Assembly: GCA_964016885.1 (NCBI GenBank)
Contig: OZ024742.1
Span: forward strand, 118,420,001 to 118,484,000
DNA length: 64,000 bases
Reading direction: 5' to 3'
Source of the DNA: Eledone cirrhosa
Lineage: Eukaryota
A program made the position numbers and the translations under genes. Shown piece after piece: positions 14,368-28,903 of this stretch (positions within the stretch are counted from its first letter, which is position 1; every line of letters starts with the position of its first letter). The notes under the pieces are model-generated. The model was not told the DNA's origin, did not search any database, and saw only the letters and a list, made by a program, of their open reading frames with translations.

Positions 14368-15846
14368 TCACGCCTCATTCTTATTCCATCTGGAGTAAGA
14401 GATTTTTAAGCGGTGCGTGCAGCTTATCACCGTTTCTGCTCTGCTGTTGATGAGCTCGTGGGATACCGTTATGATATGGTAAAGCTCCATGAGGCAAAGC
14501 TCGCACTTCCTCTTGAAATTGTACGGTGCTGCTCTGCCAACAATTTCCCAGTGCGTGGAGAAGCTGATGTTTGAGTCGTTTAATGCCGTGATGTAATTCG
14601 CGAGCGAAGTGGAGTGTCTTAGTTTCTTGTTTGCGAAAGAGTGGAGATGTGTTCGAAATCTATTTTTGAACGGGCCAGAGGTAGCCCCTATATAATGCTT
14701 AACGCTGTTATGGCTGGTTACGGTGCACCTATAAATAATCTTATCAGTCAGGCAGTTTCCTCTAAGGAGGCAGCGTCCCCTGTAACGGCAGTTGCAGTTT
14801 TGGTCGCAGTCCCTTCTAGTTCCCAAGGTAAGGTTATTATTATTGCTATCTATGTTGTTACCTACGCCTCTATACCTGTCGTTAGTACCATTATATCCCA
14901 CTGCGCGCGGAGTAGTACCATTATCATTCCGCACGCCGCAGCGCCTTCTGTTGTCGTCGGGTGACCCGTGCGGGTCACCTGCATATTCCCCAGTCATGTC
15001 GCGGTTATGTTGGTTGCGTCTGTAGTGGCTGTTGCCAGCACTATTGGGTGCTGCTAGGGAGTTGTTAAGGCCGATATGGTTGATGTCAGGTGTAGGTGTA
15101 TCGGTGCTAAGGTGCTGTGTTTTGGTGATCTTAATGTGATTAGTTGTTCCTATGATGTCTGCTAGGTTGGGAGTAGTAGAGAAGGATATTTTTATATTGT
15201 TCCTATTAAGGATTTTCCTATATTTATGGTTGGGTAGGAAGTTCTCCTCTAAGGCTTCGAAGAATATCCGGGGTATGTCGGAGGCCACACTCCGAGAGTA
15301 GGGAGGATGGCGATTCCGTGCCTTTGTATGTTTGCTAAGGGTTGTGCTATCAGGGTGACTGCTCTTATGCATATTATTGTGCTGTAGCCCGTTATGTGTC
15401 CCTTTCGCTTTATGCTCGGGTGCACTCGGCTTCCTTCTGCTACGTTTATGTATAGCAAGACGCTGGTTGGAAGGCGTTGGTAGTAGGCCATCGCCTTTGT
15501 TGATCTTATAATAGGGGAATAATTCAAGTAGGCTACAGTGGTCACTGTCACCGGGGTCGTGATTCTTATTATGTGATAGGCTATCAACACTATCGCGTGT
15601 GTAATTGACATAACGGCCGTGTTCCTTAGTGCGATTCTCTATACTATTATTTCTGACTCTTTCAAAGCCGCCGCGCGTTGGGTTATAGGTATGGCTTACT
15701 ATAACATTAGTCTTATGAGAGGGGTGGTTTCTGGAGCTAGCATTAGGGATGTAGGAGATTCTTCGGTTAAATCCGGCACTTAGTAAGGCCTTATTGTAGT
15801 AATCTGCCGCTTGGTTGAAGATATCCTCATTGGCGGAGAGCCTCAA
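14368..15846 (-). pseudogene. PLE RT thumb, long low-complexity linker and GIY-YIG endonuclease
   Basis: CNCRYRGRCLLRGNC, IIY...YIG, FKNRFRTHLHSF, CELCLME, CTH. Confidence 0.88.
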
Positions 15847-16368
15847 GATCCTATGTGAGATGCTATAGACTATGGAGTTGAGAGTCTGCTTAGGGTGGTT
15901 AGAGGCATAATTAATATAAGGTAGACTCTTCCGGGCTTATGGTATGGCTTGTATAGGCCTGTACTCAACTCCAGGGTCACGTCCAGGAAGTTGACAACCT
16001 TGTGGTTGAGGTCCATAGTTACGGATAGGCCGTATGACTTGAAGAACCTGTGTATGTGCTTGTTAAGGTTCTCTATCCTGCGAGGTCTATGATTCCTAGC
16101 GGTAAACAGGGCGTCGTCTCTATATACACCTCCTTGTAGGACCGGTATCTCGTCCCTAAGTCTATGGAGGAGGTATATTCCGACCTTGTCGGTTGCTTGC
16201 GCCGAGTCACTGTGATGTGAACTTATCTCTAAAACCCATTCTGGGTCATGTAAGGAACGCTTTTTAGTTTTTTATGCCCTTGGGAAGCCCTTTCGGGCGA
16301 AACGTACGTAGGTGCTGTTTTAAATAAACATGTTTTAACGGTTTGTTCTCCTTTATATACTTCCCCAC

Positions 16369-16422
<54 letters not shown>

Positions 16423-16715
16423 TAAAATAACAGATTAAAGTTTAAGCAAAGAATCGCTGCTTTCACCCTCAAGCCATACCATAAGCCCGGAAGAGTCTAT
16501 CTTATATTAATTATGCCTCTAACCACCCTAAGCAGACTCTCAACTCCATAGTTTATAGCATATATATATATGATCAAATGTTAATAAGGTTCATTGATTA
16601 CTCAATGAATATAGTTTTACAATAGATTCAAAGCACTCAACAAGAATTTTCTGGAGTTATTAATATTATTCAAAATATTAATATATGAAGACGTTCACAT
16701 AATCAAAATATATGA

Positions 16716-16775
16716 TTTATTATATATATTTCGGAGGTACTAAACTGTTTTTTCAGTACGTCCTCATCAGATAAA
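16716..16775 (-). ncRNA. Hammerhead ribozyme motif in a PLE-end fragment (about 16570-16995)
   Basis: tttat-CTGATGA-gga-c-gtactga..ttagtac-c-tcc-GAAA-tatata-TA-ataaa; related to the 2616-2680 family. Confidence 0.78.
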
Positions 16776-16999
16776 ATACATAAATTGATGTATTTTTTTA
16801 AAAATGCAAAACGTGGTTCTAGTCATTCACAGATTTGCATTTGCTTTGTAAACGCAGATAGTTATCTTCTTCTCCTTTGGTGAATATCCAAGAATTTGAC
16901 TACTGTGTTTTACGGATTAATTGGTGAAATATATCTCTTACAAAGTAGATTAATCATTTTAAAAGGTATAGACATGACAACCCTTAATTTTAATTTTGG

Positions 17000-17055
<56 letters not shown>

Positions 17056-17814
17056 ATATATATATATACATATATATGTATGTACATATATATATATATA
17101 TACATATACGTTCAGCGCATCGGTAGGGGTTCTCCTACATGGATATAGAGTAGTGGTCGTACTCGAAAACGAGTTGGCAGCCACCATGTATCTATATGTA
17201 TATATATATATAGAGAGAGAGAGAGAGATAGATAGGTAAATATACACGGGTGTGTATGATTGTGTATAGAAGATTATATTAATAAGAGGAATTCCAACTT
17301 TGTCTGATTTACTCGTTTTATTTACAATCCTTTAAAATATATATAATATGGTATTATAATGAAATAGTATGATAGAATATTAAATTCTAAGTGTTAATTG
17401 AACAAGTACTTTCATGCTTTCGCAATCTTCAGGTTCATGATATGTGGTGACAGTCGAGTTTGCAATTTTCAACTGTAATGAGATGGGTCAATTTACTACC
17501 TTTTATACATTTTATACGGAGAAAAGTGGCTCCAGAATGCAAAGCCCTGTAAACTGTATTTCGACCAATCAGTGTGTAGTTTCACTGAATTACAACAGCT
17601 GATTGGTTTAAGCGTCACGGCTGGTTGAGCATGCTAACGACCAATAGTCATACCCAACGTATCAATTGTTTTGCTTTTTGAAATGATGAAAATAGCATTT
17701 TCTATTAATCATCACCATCAACATCACTTTTATTATTATTATTATTGTTGTTGTTGTTGTTGTTAGTGGTCGTGGTCATAGTGGTAGTAGAAGTAATACC
17801 CCTAGGCGTTATTA

Positions 17815-18005
17815 AGGGCGGTGGATTGGCAGTATCGGTAGAGGGTCGGACGCCATGCTTTCCAGCATAGTTACGTCCCTTTACGATCTGAGTTCAAATC
17901 CCACCGAGGTTAACTTTGCCTTTCATCCTTACGGGGTCGATAAAATAAAGTACCAGTAATGCACTGGGTAATTTGCTGGCCTTGTGCCTAAAGTAGAAAC
18001 AATTA
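17815..18005 (+). mobile_element. Meta-like SINE inserted in the inverted arm of the PLE
   Basis: Present in the left arm only; inserted at a ttatt site. Confidence 0.85.
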
Positions 18006-18701
18006 TTGTTCATTTAGCTTGGGTTTGAATTTATCAATAAAATTCTTTTCTTTGATTTTTCTCTTGATTTCACTTGGGCTGTGTAATTTGTAGAATGGGA
18101 ATATTATAAATATTCCCTGACCACATGTTGCCAGGTGACGGACATTTGGGTCTCTGATTTGTTGACGGTGTACCCGTGCACGTTCCGATAGTGCATTTCC
18201 AGTTTGACCGACATATAGTTCTTCACAATTCGGGCATTTAATGCAGTAAATTAGATTTCTGCTTTTGCAGTTCATATTTGCATTTGGGAATATTTTTCCA
18301 GTTTTTGTTTTCATATATTGACCGGCGTGTATGGATTGACATGTGCCGCATCGATTATCATTGCATTTAGATACAGTGAATGATTGGTCTTTGTTGTTAA
18401 GGTCAAACTTTGCTTTTGTTAGCAATTGCTTCAAATTTTTTGGCTGTCTTTTACTAGGAGTCAAAGATCGATCTGTGATTAAGCCTTTTAATTCATTACT
18501 TTGAGCAATGATCGGTAGGTTTGCTTTGGCAGTGTTGAATATATTCTGGTGACATGGGTTGTGTGTCATTATAAATGGTATGACCAGTTCTTGGTTTCTT
18601 CTTCCTTGGGTTGTTCTAAGTTGTTGTATAGGTATTTTTATAGCCCGCTGTATGCCATTTTCTATAAGTAGAGATGGGTATTTTTGTTTGAGCAATTTCA
18701 A
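18003..18701 (-). pseudogene. Inverted copy of the Neptune PLE C-terminus (GIY-YIG)
   Basis: Nearly identical to the end of 20516-21691 but lacks QIPLSG (18-nt deletion). Confidence 0.9.
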
Positions 18702-19504
18702 AGCTAACGACTGATATTATAGCTGAAAAACTACGAGAACTATGGATCTCAGATATCTCAAAAGAAGAAAACAAATCAAGAAAGGTATGGCAGCAGAAAC
18801 AATTATTTGTCGATGAATATGCTGCAAATTACGGTAAAGACTCTGGAACCCTGAGAAAAAGCATTAAAAGTGGACAATCTCATCAACACAACATACGCCA
18901 GAACACGTGCCAACACAAACACTCACCTTACCTTGAATCAAAGAAGAACTACGGTAATAACTCTTCGCTTTTTCTACAAAAAACACCCTATCGCACACAA
19001 CATGAACAAAAAGCACAAACACGATAGGTATTCCTTTGACCAGACCATGAGAAGTAGTAAAACCAGGAGATCATTCTCAAGATCTCAACAGAGACTACCA
19101 ACAAGGAATGTGGAAACAAAACGTAGAATAACCAGATCACTCTCAAGATCTCAACAGAGATTGCCCACAAGAAACTGGACGAAAAAACGATCTAAACCTG
19201 AAAGCAAACCTAGGTCATTTTCCCAGATTGGTAAAAATAATGCTAACAGGAAGAAAAATAATATACAGAATACCAAAAATAGGACAAAATACATAACGAA
19301 ACCAAATATAATATCACGACCAAAAGTTCATCAAGCGAACACCAACAGGAATATAAATCCTGAATAGAGAAAAATTCATTTTTTAACGTCAGGACAACAA
19401 AAACCGGAAAAAGAAAAACTCCAGGAGGAAACATACCCAAAACAGCTGTACACGTAGATCCTAAAATAATTAATTTATCTAAAAGAGATCTTGACAATGA
19501 TGAA

Positions 19505-21691
19505 ATGCAAATTCTGTCAAAAGGACTGAAATTTACACCGACTCCAACAGTCAACCACCAAGAACTGAAGGAGGATACCCAAGAATTCTGTCGAAAATTG
19601 CGTCTGGTAGAATTCTTCGCTGATAAAAATAATGAGAGTGATGAATCACTAGTAAAGAATAAATCAAATTTCACTCCGCCAAAAGGAAGAAATATCTATC
19701 TCGACCAATACATTGACATCCTGTCTAAATTTCCTCTTAGACATAATACTAATGTTAGGCCAAACATTAACAGATCAGAAATGTCTGCACTTAAACGTAT
19801 ACAAAATGATAAAACAATAATAATTAAACAAGCAGATAAAGGAGGTGCAGTTGTTATAATGGATACTGAATACTACAAGGATTTGGTTGAGGAACAACTG
19901 AAAGACACAACATTCTATCATGAAATACCGTCAAATATAGACCACAACATCATGAAGAAGATCAACAACCTGGCTTCAAAATACCACAACTCATTTACTG
20001 ATAAGGAAAGAGACTACATCACCAATTTTGAGCCGAAACCCAGCAACCTGTATGGCCTACCGAAAGTTCACAAGTCAAAAGAAATACAACTGGCAGTAAG
20101 AGAACAAAAGAGTGAGTACATTAAATTATTACACCCAAAAGACTTAAAACTTAGACCTATTATAGCTGGTCCAACATGCCCCACTCACCGTCTAAGCAAT
20201 TTTGTTGACATTATTTTGAAACCACTATGTATTCACATACCCAGTTTCATCCGGGATGATATCGACTTCCTGTCCCATCTTCCCAAAACCACGGAAACGA
20301 ATTCACTTCTACTCAGTTTTGATGTGGTAAGCCTTTACACCAACATTACACATGATTTAGGAATAAAGGCGGTTAAATACTGGGTGGAAAAACATAGAGA
20401 AGTGATTCCCATTAGATTCACAGCGCCATTTATATAAGACGCAGTTAAACTTATTCTGGAAAACAACACTTTCTTCTTCAATGGAAAGAATTACATCCAA
20501 ATTAGAGGCACAGCGATGGGAACGAAGTTTGCTCCCGTTTACGCGAACTCTGTAATGGGATACTTAGAACAACAACTCTACCAAGAAATAGAGGAAAAAT
20601 ATAGTACTGACTTTAGAAAGTACATTGAAAAATCTTGGAAGAGATACCTTGACGACTGTTTCATCATCTGGACAGAATCTCTAGATACTCTGGATGAGTT
20701 CAATATCCTCCTGAATAACCTACACCCATCTCTCCAATTCACAAAAGAGATGAGTAGGACCAAATTACCATTCCTAGATATAATGATAATCAAAAACGAC
20801 ACCACCATTACCACGGATATATATTATAAACACACAGACACCCATCAATATCTGAATTTTAAGTCGTGCCATCCATCTCATACAAAACGCAACATCCCAT
20901 ACTGCCTAGCCAGAAGAATTTGTACCATTGTAGAAGATACGAATACCAGGTACAAACGCCTAACAGAACTAAGAGAATTTTTGCTCAAACAAAAATACCC
21001 ATCTCTACTTATAGAAAATGACATACAGCGGGCTATAAAAATACCTATACAACAACTTAGAACAACCCAAGGAAGAAGAAACCAAGAACTGGTCATACCA
21101 TTTATAATGACACACAACCCATGTCACCAGAATATCTTCAACACTGCCAAAGCAAAGCTACCGATCATTGCTCAAAGTAATGAATTAAAAGGCTTAATCA
21201 CAGATCGATCTTTGACTCTTAGTAAAAGACAGCCAAAAAATGTGAAGCAATTGTTAACAAAAGCAAAGTTTGACCTTAACAACAAAGACCAATCATTCAC
21301 TGTATCTAAATGCAATGATAATCGATGCGGCACATGTCAATCCATACACGCCGGTCAATATATGAAAACAAAAACTGGAAAAATATTCCCAAATGCAAAT
21401 ATGAACTGCAAAAGCAGAAATCTAATTTACTGCATTAAATGCCCGAATTGTGAAGAACTATATGTCGGTCAAACTGGAAATGCACTATCGGAACGTGCAC
21501 GGGTACACCGTCAACAAATCAGAGACCCAAATGTCCGTCAGATACCCCTAAGCGGCCACCTGGCAACATGTGGTCAGGGAATGTTTATAATATTCCCATT
21601 CTACAAATTACACAGCCCAAGTGAAATCAAGAGAAAAATCAAAGAAAAGAATTTTATTGATAAATTCAAACCCAAGCTAAATGAACAATAA
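19505..21691 (+). pseudogene. Neptune-type PLE RT plus GIY-YIG polyprotein interrupted by one TAA at 20435-20437
   Basis: LSKGLKF, IIKQADKGG, YGLPKVHK, LRPII, SFDVVSLYTNI, GTAMGT, RYLDD, FLDI, CNDNRCGTC, LIYCIKCPNC..YVGQT. Confidence 0.93.
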
Positions 21692-22060
21692 TAACGCCTA
21701 GGGGTATTACTTCTACTACCACTATGACCACGACCACTAACAACAACAACAATAATAATAATAATAAAAGTGATGTTGATGGTGATGATTAATAGAAAAT
21801 GCTATTTTCATCATTTCAAAAAGCAAAACAATTGATACGTTGGGTATGACTATTGGTCGTTAGCATGCTCAACCAGTCGTGACGCTTAAACCAATCAGCT
21901 GTAGTAATTCAGTGAAACTACACACTGATTGGTCGAAATACAGTTTACAGGGCTTTGCATTCTGGAACCACTTTTCTCTGTATAAAATGTATAAAAGGTA
22001 GTAAATTGACCCATCTCATTACAGTTGAAAATTGCAAACTCGACTGTCACCACATATCAT

Positions 22061-22097
22061 GAACCTGAAGATTGCGAAAGCATGAAAGTACTTGTTC
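22061..22097 (+). ncRNA. Minimal hammerhead in Neptune pLTR (inverted copy 17400-17436)
   Basis: gaac-CTGAAGA-t-tgc-gaaa-gca-t-GAAA-gtac-TT-gttc; palindromic stem III. Confidence 0.72.
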
Positions 22098-22218
22098 AAT
22101 TAACACTTAGAATTTAATATTCTATCATACTATTTCATTATAATACCATATTATATATATTTTAAAGGATTGTAAATAAAACGAGTAAATCAGACAAAGT
22201 TGGAATTCCTCTTATTAA

Positions 22219-22248
22219 TATATATATATATATATGTATGTATGTATA

Positions 22249-22285
<37 letters not shown>

Positions 22286-22296
22286 ATATATATATG

Positions 22297-22347
<51 letters not shown>

Positions 22348-22380
22348 ATATATATATGTATATATGTATGTATATATATG

Positions 22381-22413
<33 letters not shown>

Positions 22414-22440
22414 GTATGTATATATGTATATATGTATGTA

Positions 22441-22476
<36 letters not shown>

Positions 22477-22558
22477 TATGTATATATATGTATGTATATG
22501 TATATATGTATGTATGTGTATATATGTGTATGTATATGTATATATGTAAGTATATGTA

Positions 22559-22589
<31 letters not shown>

Positions 22590-22667
22590 ATGTATATATA
22601 TGTATATATATATATGTATATATATATGTATGTATGTATATATATATATATATGTATGTATGTATAC

Positions 22668-22702
<35 letters not shown>

Positions 22703-22794
22703 TGTATGTATGTATGTATGTATGTATGTATGTATGCATGTTTGTATGTATGTATATATGTATGTATGTATGTATGTATATATATATGTGTATG

Positions 22795-22825
<31 letters not shown>

Positions 22826-22928
22826 ATATGCATATATATGTATGGATGTATATATGTATATGTATGGATGTATATATATATGTATGTATATATATATATG
22901 TATGTATGTATATGTATATATATGTATG

Positions 22929-22973
<45 letters not shown>

Positions 22974-23002
22974 AAGTATATATATGTATGTATGTATATA
23001 TA
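22219..23002. repeat. Mixed (TA)n/(TATG)n microsatellite
   Basis: Direct reading. Confidence 0.95.
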
Positions 23003-24572
<1,570 letters not shown>

Positions 24573-24706
24573 TATATATATATGTGTGTGTGTGTATGTA
24601 TGTATATATATATATAGTTAGGGAAGCAGAAAATTGCTTATTGTAATCCAGTTCGTGGTTAGGGGTAACTCCACAAGTTTGTAAGAATCGCGTTCAATCT
24701 TGGAAT

Positions 24707-25139
24707 ATAAAGAATAAAAGAGAAAACACAGGTATGCATTAAAAAAAGGATTTTATCCAGGTATTTACGACCGTTTCATTGGTAAGTGCAACCTTATATC
24801 GCTATACTGCAAATAGCAGCCACTCAATAATAATTGTTGTTCACCTCCAAAGTTTAAAAATAATGAATATGTTACTCGTTGTCACTCTACTTCATAATTA
24901 TTCTCCCCCTTCCTCTCTCTCTATACTAGTAAATACAATTCCAAAAAAATGTTTTTTATATATTAAGAACCTTTTACGAGTAACTTATTCATTACTTTGT
25001 AAATTTGGAGGTGAACAACAATTATTATTGAGTGGCTGCTATTTGCAGTATAGCGATATAAAGTTGCACTTACCAATGAAACGGTCGTAAATACCTGGAT
25101 AAAATCCTTTTTTTAATGCTTACCTGTGTTTTCTCTTTT

Positions 25140-25146
<7 letters not shown>
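24707..25146. repeat. Inverted repeat (24707-24880 / 24976-25146), probable PLE-end insert
   Basis: Arms are reverse complements; right arm has GAAA-cg-GTC and ends in (TA)n. Confidence 0.75.
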
Positions 25147-25192
<46 letters not shown>

Positions 25193-25386
25193 TTATTTAT
25201 GTTTGTTGGTTCACCCCTGGATAGAACTCATCATTCCGTATGGTCAACCTCGATGTAATATTAGGGAGAGCACTCGACCTAATGCAACTCACCCGTCTTC
25301 GTTTGTGTTGTTGGTGGTGCGAGTACGGAGTTAATTATTATAAAATAACAGGAGGCTGGACTTGTGTAATTCCTTAAAGGTTTATT

Positions 25387-25444
25387 ATACTATGAACATT
25401 TCAATGACTGGGTGCAGTATGAATCCGGTGACATCATCAGATAT
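25387..25444 (-). ncRNA. Hammerhead motif in a PLE-like 3' region
   Basis: atat-CTGATGA-[31-nt stem II region]-GAAA-tgttca-TA-gtat. Confidence 0.6.
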
Positions 25445-26981
25445 TCGAAATTTAATAAAGGAATATAATCCATGGAGCTGAAAAGGCAGAGTGACAAGAA
25501 GGCGGCCACCCATTTAGCAGTTTCTAGTTCGGTCGGCCGCCCTCAAGTGATGACTACCAATTCTTCTTATGCCTTTCTGGTGAAGGGGCATCAGCTTATA
25601 GTGTACTACTACCACCCCGTCACGGACAGAGGCTAGCGGTGGGATCAGGTTACATTGAAGTTGATCAGGAGTGCTAAAAAATGTTAAGAAATATATATTT
25701 TTTTAAAACATATATATCTTTAACAAAGCTATATATAGTGGCGCCTGTACAGTATATTTTTCGTTGTACGGTCAGAAATTACGAATAACGATTAGAAATG
25801 TAAAATTTATGCTTAGAATTAAAAGATATTATTTAAGATGAGATTAGAAAAGAAAGATTTAGGTTTACATTTGGGAGATTTAGTTAAAGAATTTACAGAA
25901 GTAGGCGTTTATGAAAAGGTTAATTGTAATATTGATAGTCACGATAAAGTTTTAGGGTAGAATATAAAGTCAGGACTAAGCCCATCTTTGGCGGTCAGTA
26001 ACCAGCGACGTTGCGGACTCTCAGGCCACCCGGGGCCCAATGGCGTGTCAACCGTTCCGATTATTTTCGTCTACCGAAAGAAAGGGAAATTTATTTTTCC
26101 GAGCACGCCAGGAATGTTAACTGTCTCAAGCGCCGGGGGTGCTAGCGGGAAGCTCGCCACCGTCGGCTGATCATCTTGTATACCAAACGATTCTTAGTTA
26201 TTCACACTGGTGGCGGATTTAGTTAAAGGGCTAGCAGAAGGAGGCATGATAAATTTTTAAGTTATGATTAAGCTTAGAATTTAAAAGTAGTGTTTGGCGG
26301 TCAATAACCGGTGGCACGGCGGATTCCATGCCCGCCCAGGGCCCAAGGGCGTAACAACCGTTCCGCGTATTATCGTTTACGCAAACGAAGGGGAAATTTA
26401 TTTTTCCAAGCACTCTAGGAAGGCTGATAGACTCGAGCGCCTGGCGTGCAATCGGGAAAGCCACCACATCAGTCGGATCATCGAGTGTACCAAACGATTA
26501 TTAGTTATTTACACCCGTGATGTGAAGTTTAAAAGTGGCAAAATCTGATGAAATGGTTAAGAAGACTATATTTAGTCCCCAGTTAGCCCGGGTTATATGT
26601 AGTGTGATTCCTGAGTAGGTATGGGGAGTGATTAAAGATAAACAGATATAAAGGGTACAGAGAATAATATTCTAGGGTCGTGTGTTAATTTTAGGTAACA
26701 GATGAGAATATAATGAGAGTAAAGTGAATAAATACATAAATAAAAACATAAATAAAACGCAGTCATACCCAGGGTGGTAATTGTGGGAGTAAAAATGGAA
26801 GTAAATAAAAACATATCGAAGAAATCAAAATACAGAAGAAATAAAATACAGATCAAGGTGTAGCAAATAAACAATAGATAACATGGTTGGAGAATACAAG
26901 GTTATAAATATAGATATAGAGGATGGAAGAGTTGGAGTGGTATCAGGTGATACTTAGTGTAGGTTCGAGTCTTAATTTTCA

Positions 26982-27560
26982 ATGGCGTGGAATGCGGCCG
27001 GCACTGTGGCGACAGGAAAGTGGGTGGAGGCTGAAAGGGACTCTTTCGGCCTCCACCCCCTTTCCTGTCTCCACAGTGCCGGCCGCATTCCACGCCATGC
27101 TGCCCTCAACGAGGTCATTAAGCATGGCTTGGACGCTGCAGGCTTCCCTTCCCAGCTCGAGTCGGTGGAGCTGGATCGAGGGGGACGGCAAAAGGCCAGA
27201 TGGCATGACCATCTTCCCATTCCGCGGTGGCAAACCCCTCGTCTGGGATGCCACTTTCTGCAGCCACAACTTGGTGCAGTCTGCGACTGAACCAGGTTCT
27301 GCTGCACGTCGGGCTGAGGGGGCCAAACTCCTTAAATACCGGTCGCTCTCTGACAGGCTTGCGGTCGTACCCCTTGCAGTGGAGACTTCTGGTGTCCTCA
27401 TCCCCAGGGCTACCTCCTTACTCACCACCATAGGCGTTGAGCTGGCCAGCCGCAGGTGTGAGCCCCGCGAGTTGGAGTGGCTTTTCCAGCGCGTCTCCCT
27501 TGCCGTCCTCCGGAGAAACGCCTTCTCCATTCTGTCCGCCGGGGCTGTGAGTGGGCCCCG
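26982..27560 (+). mobile_element. 3' fragment of a CRE-like non-LTR retrotransposon (restriction-like endonuclease) with a 5' fold-back
   Basis: GLHPLSC..RH..LN, GKRPDG, LVWDAT, AEGAKLLKY, VPLAVETSG, FQRVSLAVLRRNA; palindrome 26982-27098. Confidence 0.8.
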
Positions 27561-27689
27561 TCGTGTACGTTGTTGTTGTAGAAGAAACATGAAGACAACA
27601 ACTGGAAAGTTTGATTTTCTACTTTATCATTTACTTCTGCACTGAAATATATTTTCTTAAATATAAACGATATTAGAAACGAGAAACAT

Positions 27690-27960
27690 TTATTCGATTT
27701 TCAATGTGAATCCCAAAACCTTGAAATATAGGAATAGAGTATTCAGTCAATACAATACAGGGTATAATAGAATGTGTTAATTTTTTTAAGAATCTATGAA
27801 GTCTGACGGAGTTTGAGTGTTCCTGACAGGAAAGCATCAATGCATGGTCCGGGAGGGCGGTAGACATAGCTTAATGCAGCCAAAATCCGAATGGTGTGCA
27901 GTGATTCCCATGTTGGCGATAGCTGTACACTGAAGCCAGGGCCCCTGTTCCTTATTACAT
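27690..27960 (-). mobile_element. Possible decayed AP-endonuclease fragment of a CR1/L2-type LINE
   Basis: Minus-strand frames give YVYRPPGPCIDAF and a GDFNIH-like FQGFGIHIE. Confidence 0.35.
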
Positions 27961-28058
27961 CTGAAAGCGCTCAACATTTCCTAGAGCTTTATTTATTTAT
28001 GTTTGTTGGTTCACCACTGGATAGAACTGGTCATTCCGTATGGTCAACCTCGATGTAA

Positions 28059-28186
<128 letters not shown>

Positions 28187-28199
28187 GCTGAACACTTAA

Positions 28200-28903
28200 A
28201 GCAGTGCCACTCAATTTTAAATATATATATATATGAACTGATCAACATCATCGGATGTTTCCCAAGCCGCACGTTTTTTTTTTCATAGCTTCCCTCTCCT
28301 AGAAAGGTGTTGTGACAACAACTCGGGACCTTTCAATCCCAGGTGAAAAAGAAAAAAAGTACTATTTGGATGGCCGTTGACTCTGCTGAGTTCCCCCACC
28401 CTTCGCCGGGTCTTGTATTTCATCCCGCAGGGTGTCCAAATATCACCCTCCTCACCAAGCAAGCCTGGTGGGGTTGCCAGTTTAGTCGCCGACGACCCGA
28501 CCGTGACACATGTTGTACTGGGTTACATGTTACCAGTAGCATGCGAGAGTGGCCTGACATTTAAACATTTTTTATTTTATCTTTCACCTGGGAGTAAAAG
28601 GCCCCCAGTTGTTGTCACAACACCTTTCTAGGAGAGGGAAACTCTGAAAAAAAAATAAGAACTGCGGCTTCGGAAACATCCGATGATGTTGACCAGTTCT
28701 TTTAGGGTAGTGTTTTCGATGCTCAGAGAGTGGGATTAGTCGAGTGCAAGGCCTTTGCCCACTTAAAAAACCTTCAAAGCACAGGCATTGCTTGTTCAGG
28801 ATATGTTACAGGTTCATGTGGCTGTAGCCTAGGTGCACCATTTTCCGTAATCTGACAAGCGATTGCAATACTCTTAGCAGAGTTTGCAGCCATCATGTAT
28901 GTA
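28200..28903. mobile_element. Two divergent copies of the RTE-related non-autonomous retroposon (minus about 28558-28200, plus about 28566-28903)
   Basis: Homology to 23876-24472; inverted repeat 28235-28360 / 28566-28700; (TATG) tail. Confidence 0.65.

Larger units (their letters stand above)
13760..16370 (-). mobile_element. 5'-truncated Naiad-type Penelope-like element with inverted pLTR
   Basis: RT remnant DSAQ...GGVYRDD...VNFLDVTL (15960-16210) upstream of ORF 14368-15846; 13899-14060 is repeated inverted at 16209-16370; (TA)n on both sides. Confidence 0.9.
17275..22218 (+). mobile_element. Neptune-type Penelope-like element with a long inverted 5' copy of its own 3' end
   Basis: ORFs 19505-21691; 17275-18695 (less an inserted SINE) is the reverse complement of about 20981-22218; both outer ends are the element 3' terminus. 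Confidence 0.93.

Noticed and set aside
18870-19367. Separate basic ORF upstream of the Neptune RT
   Set aside because: More simply a frameshifted part of the single PLE ORF N-terminus
24985-25092. Possible hammerhead with very long stem II (ttggaggtg/cacttaccaa, GAAA-cg-GTC-gtaa)
   Set aside because: The 5' core reads TTTGTAAA in one arm and TTTTTAAA in the other; too degenerate to call
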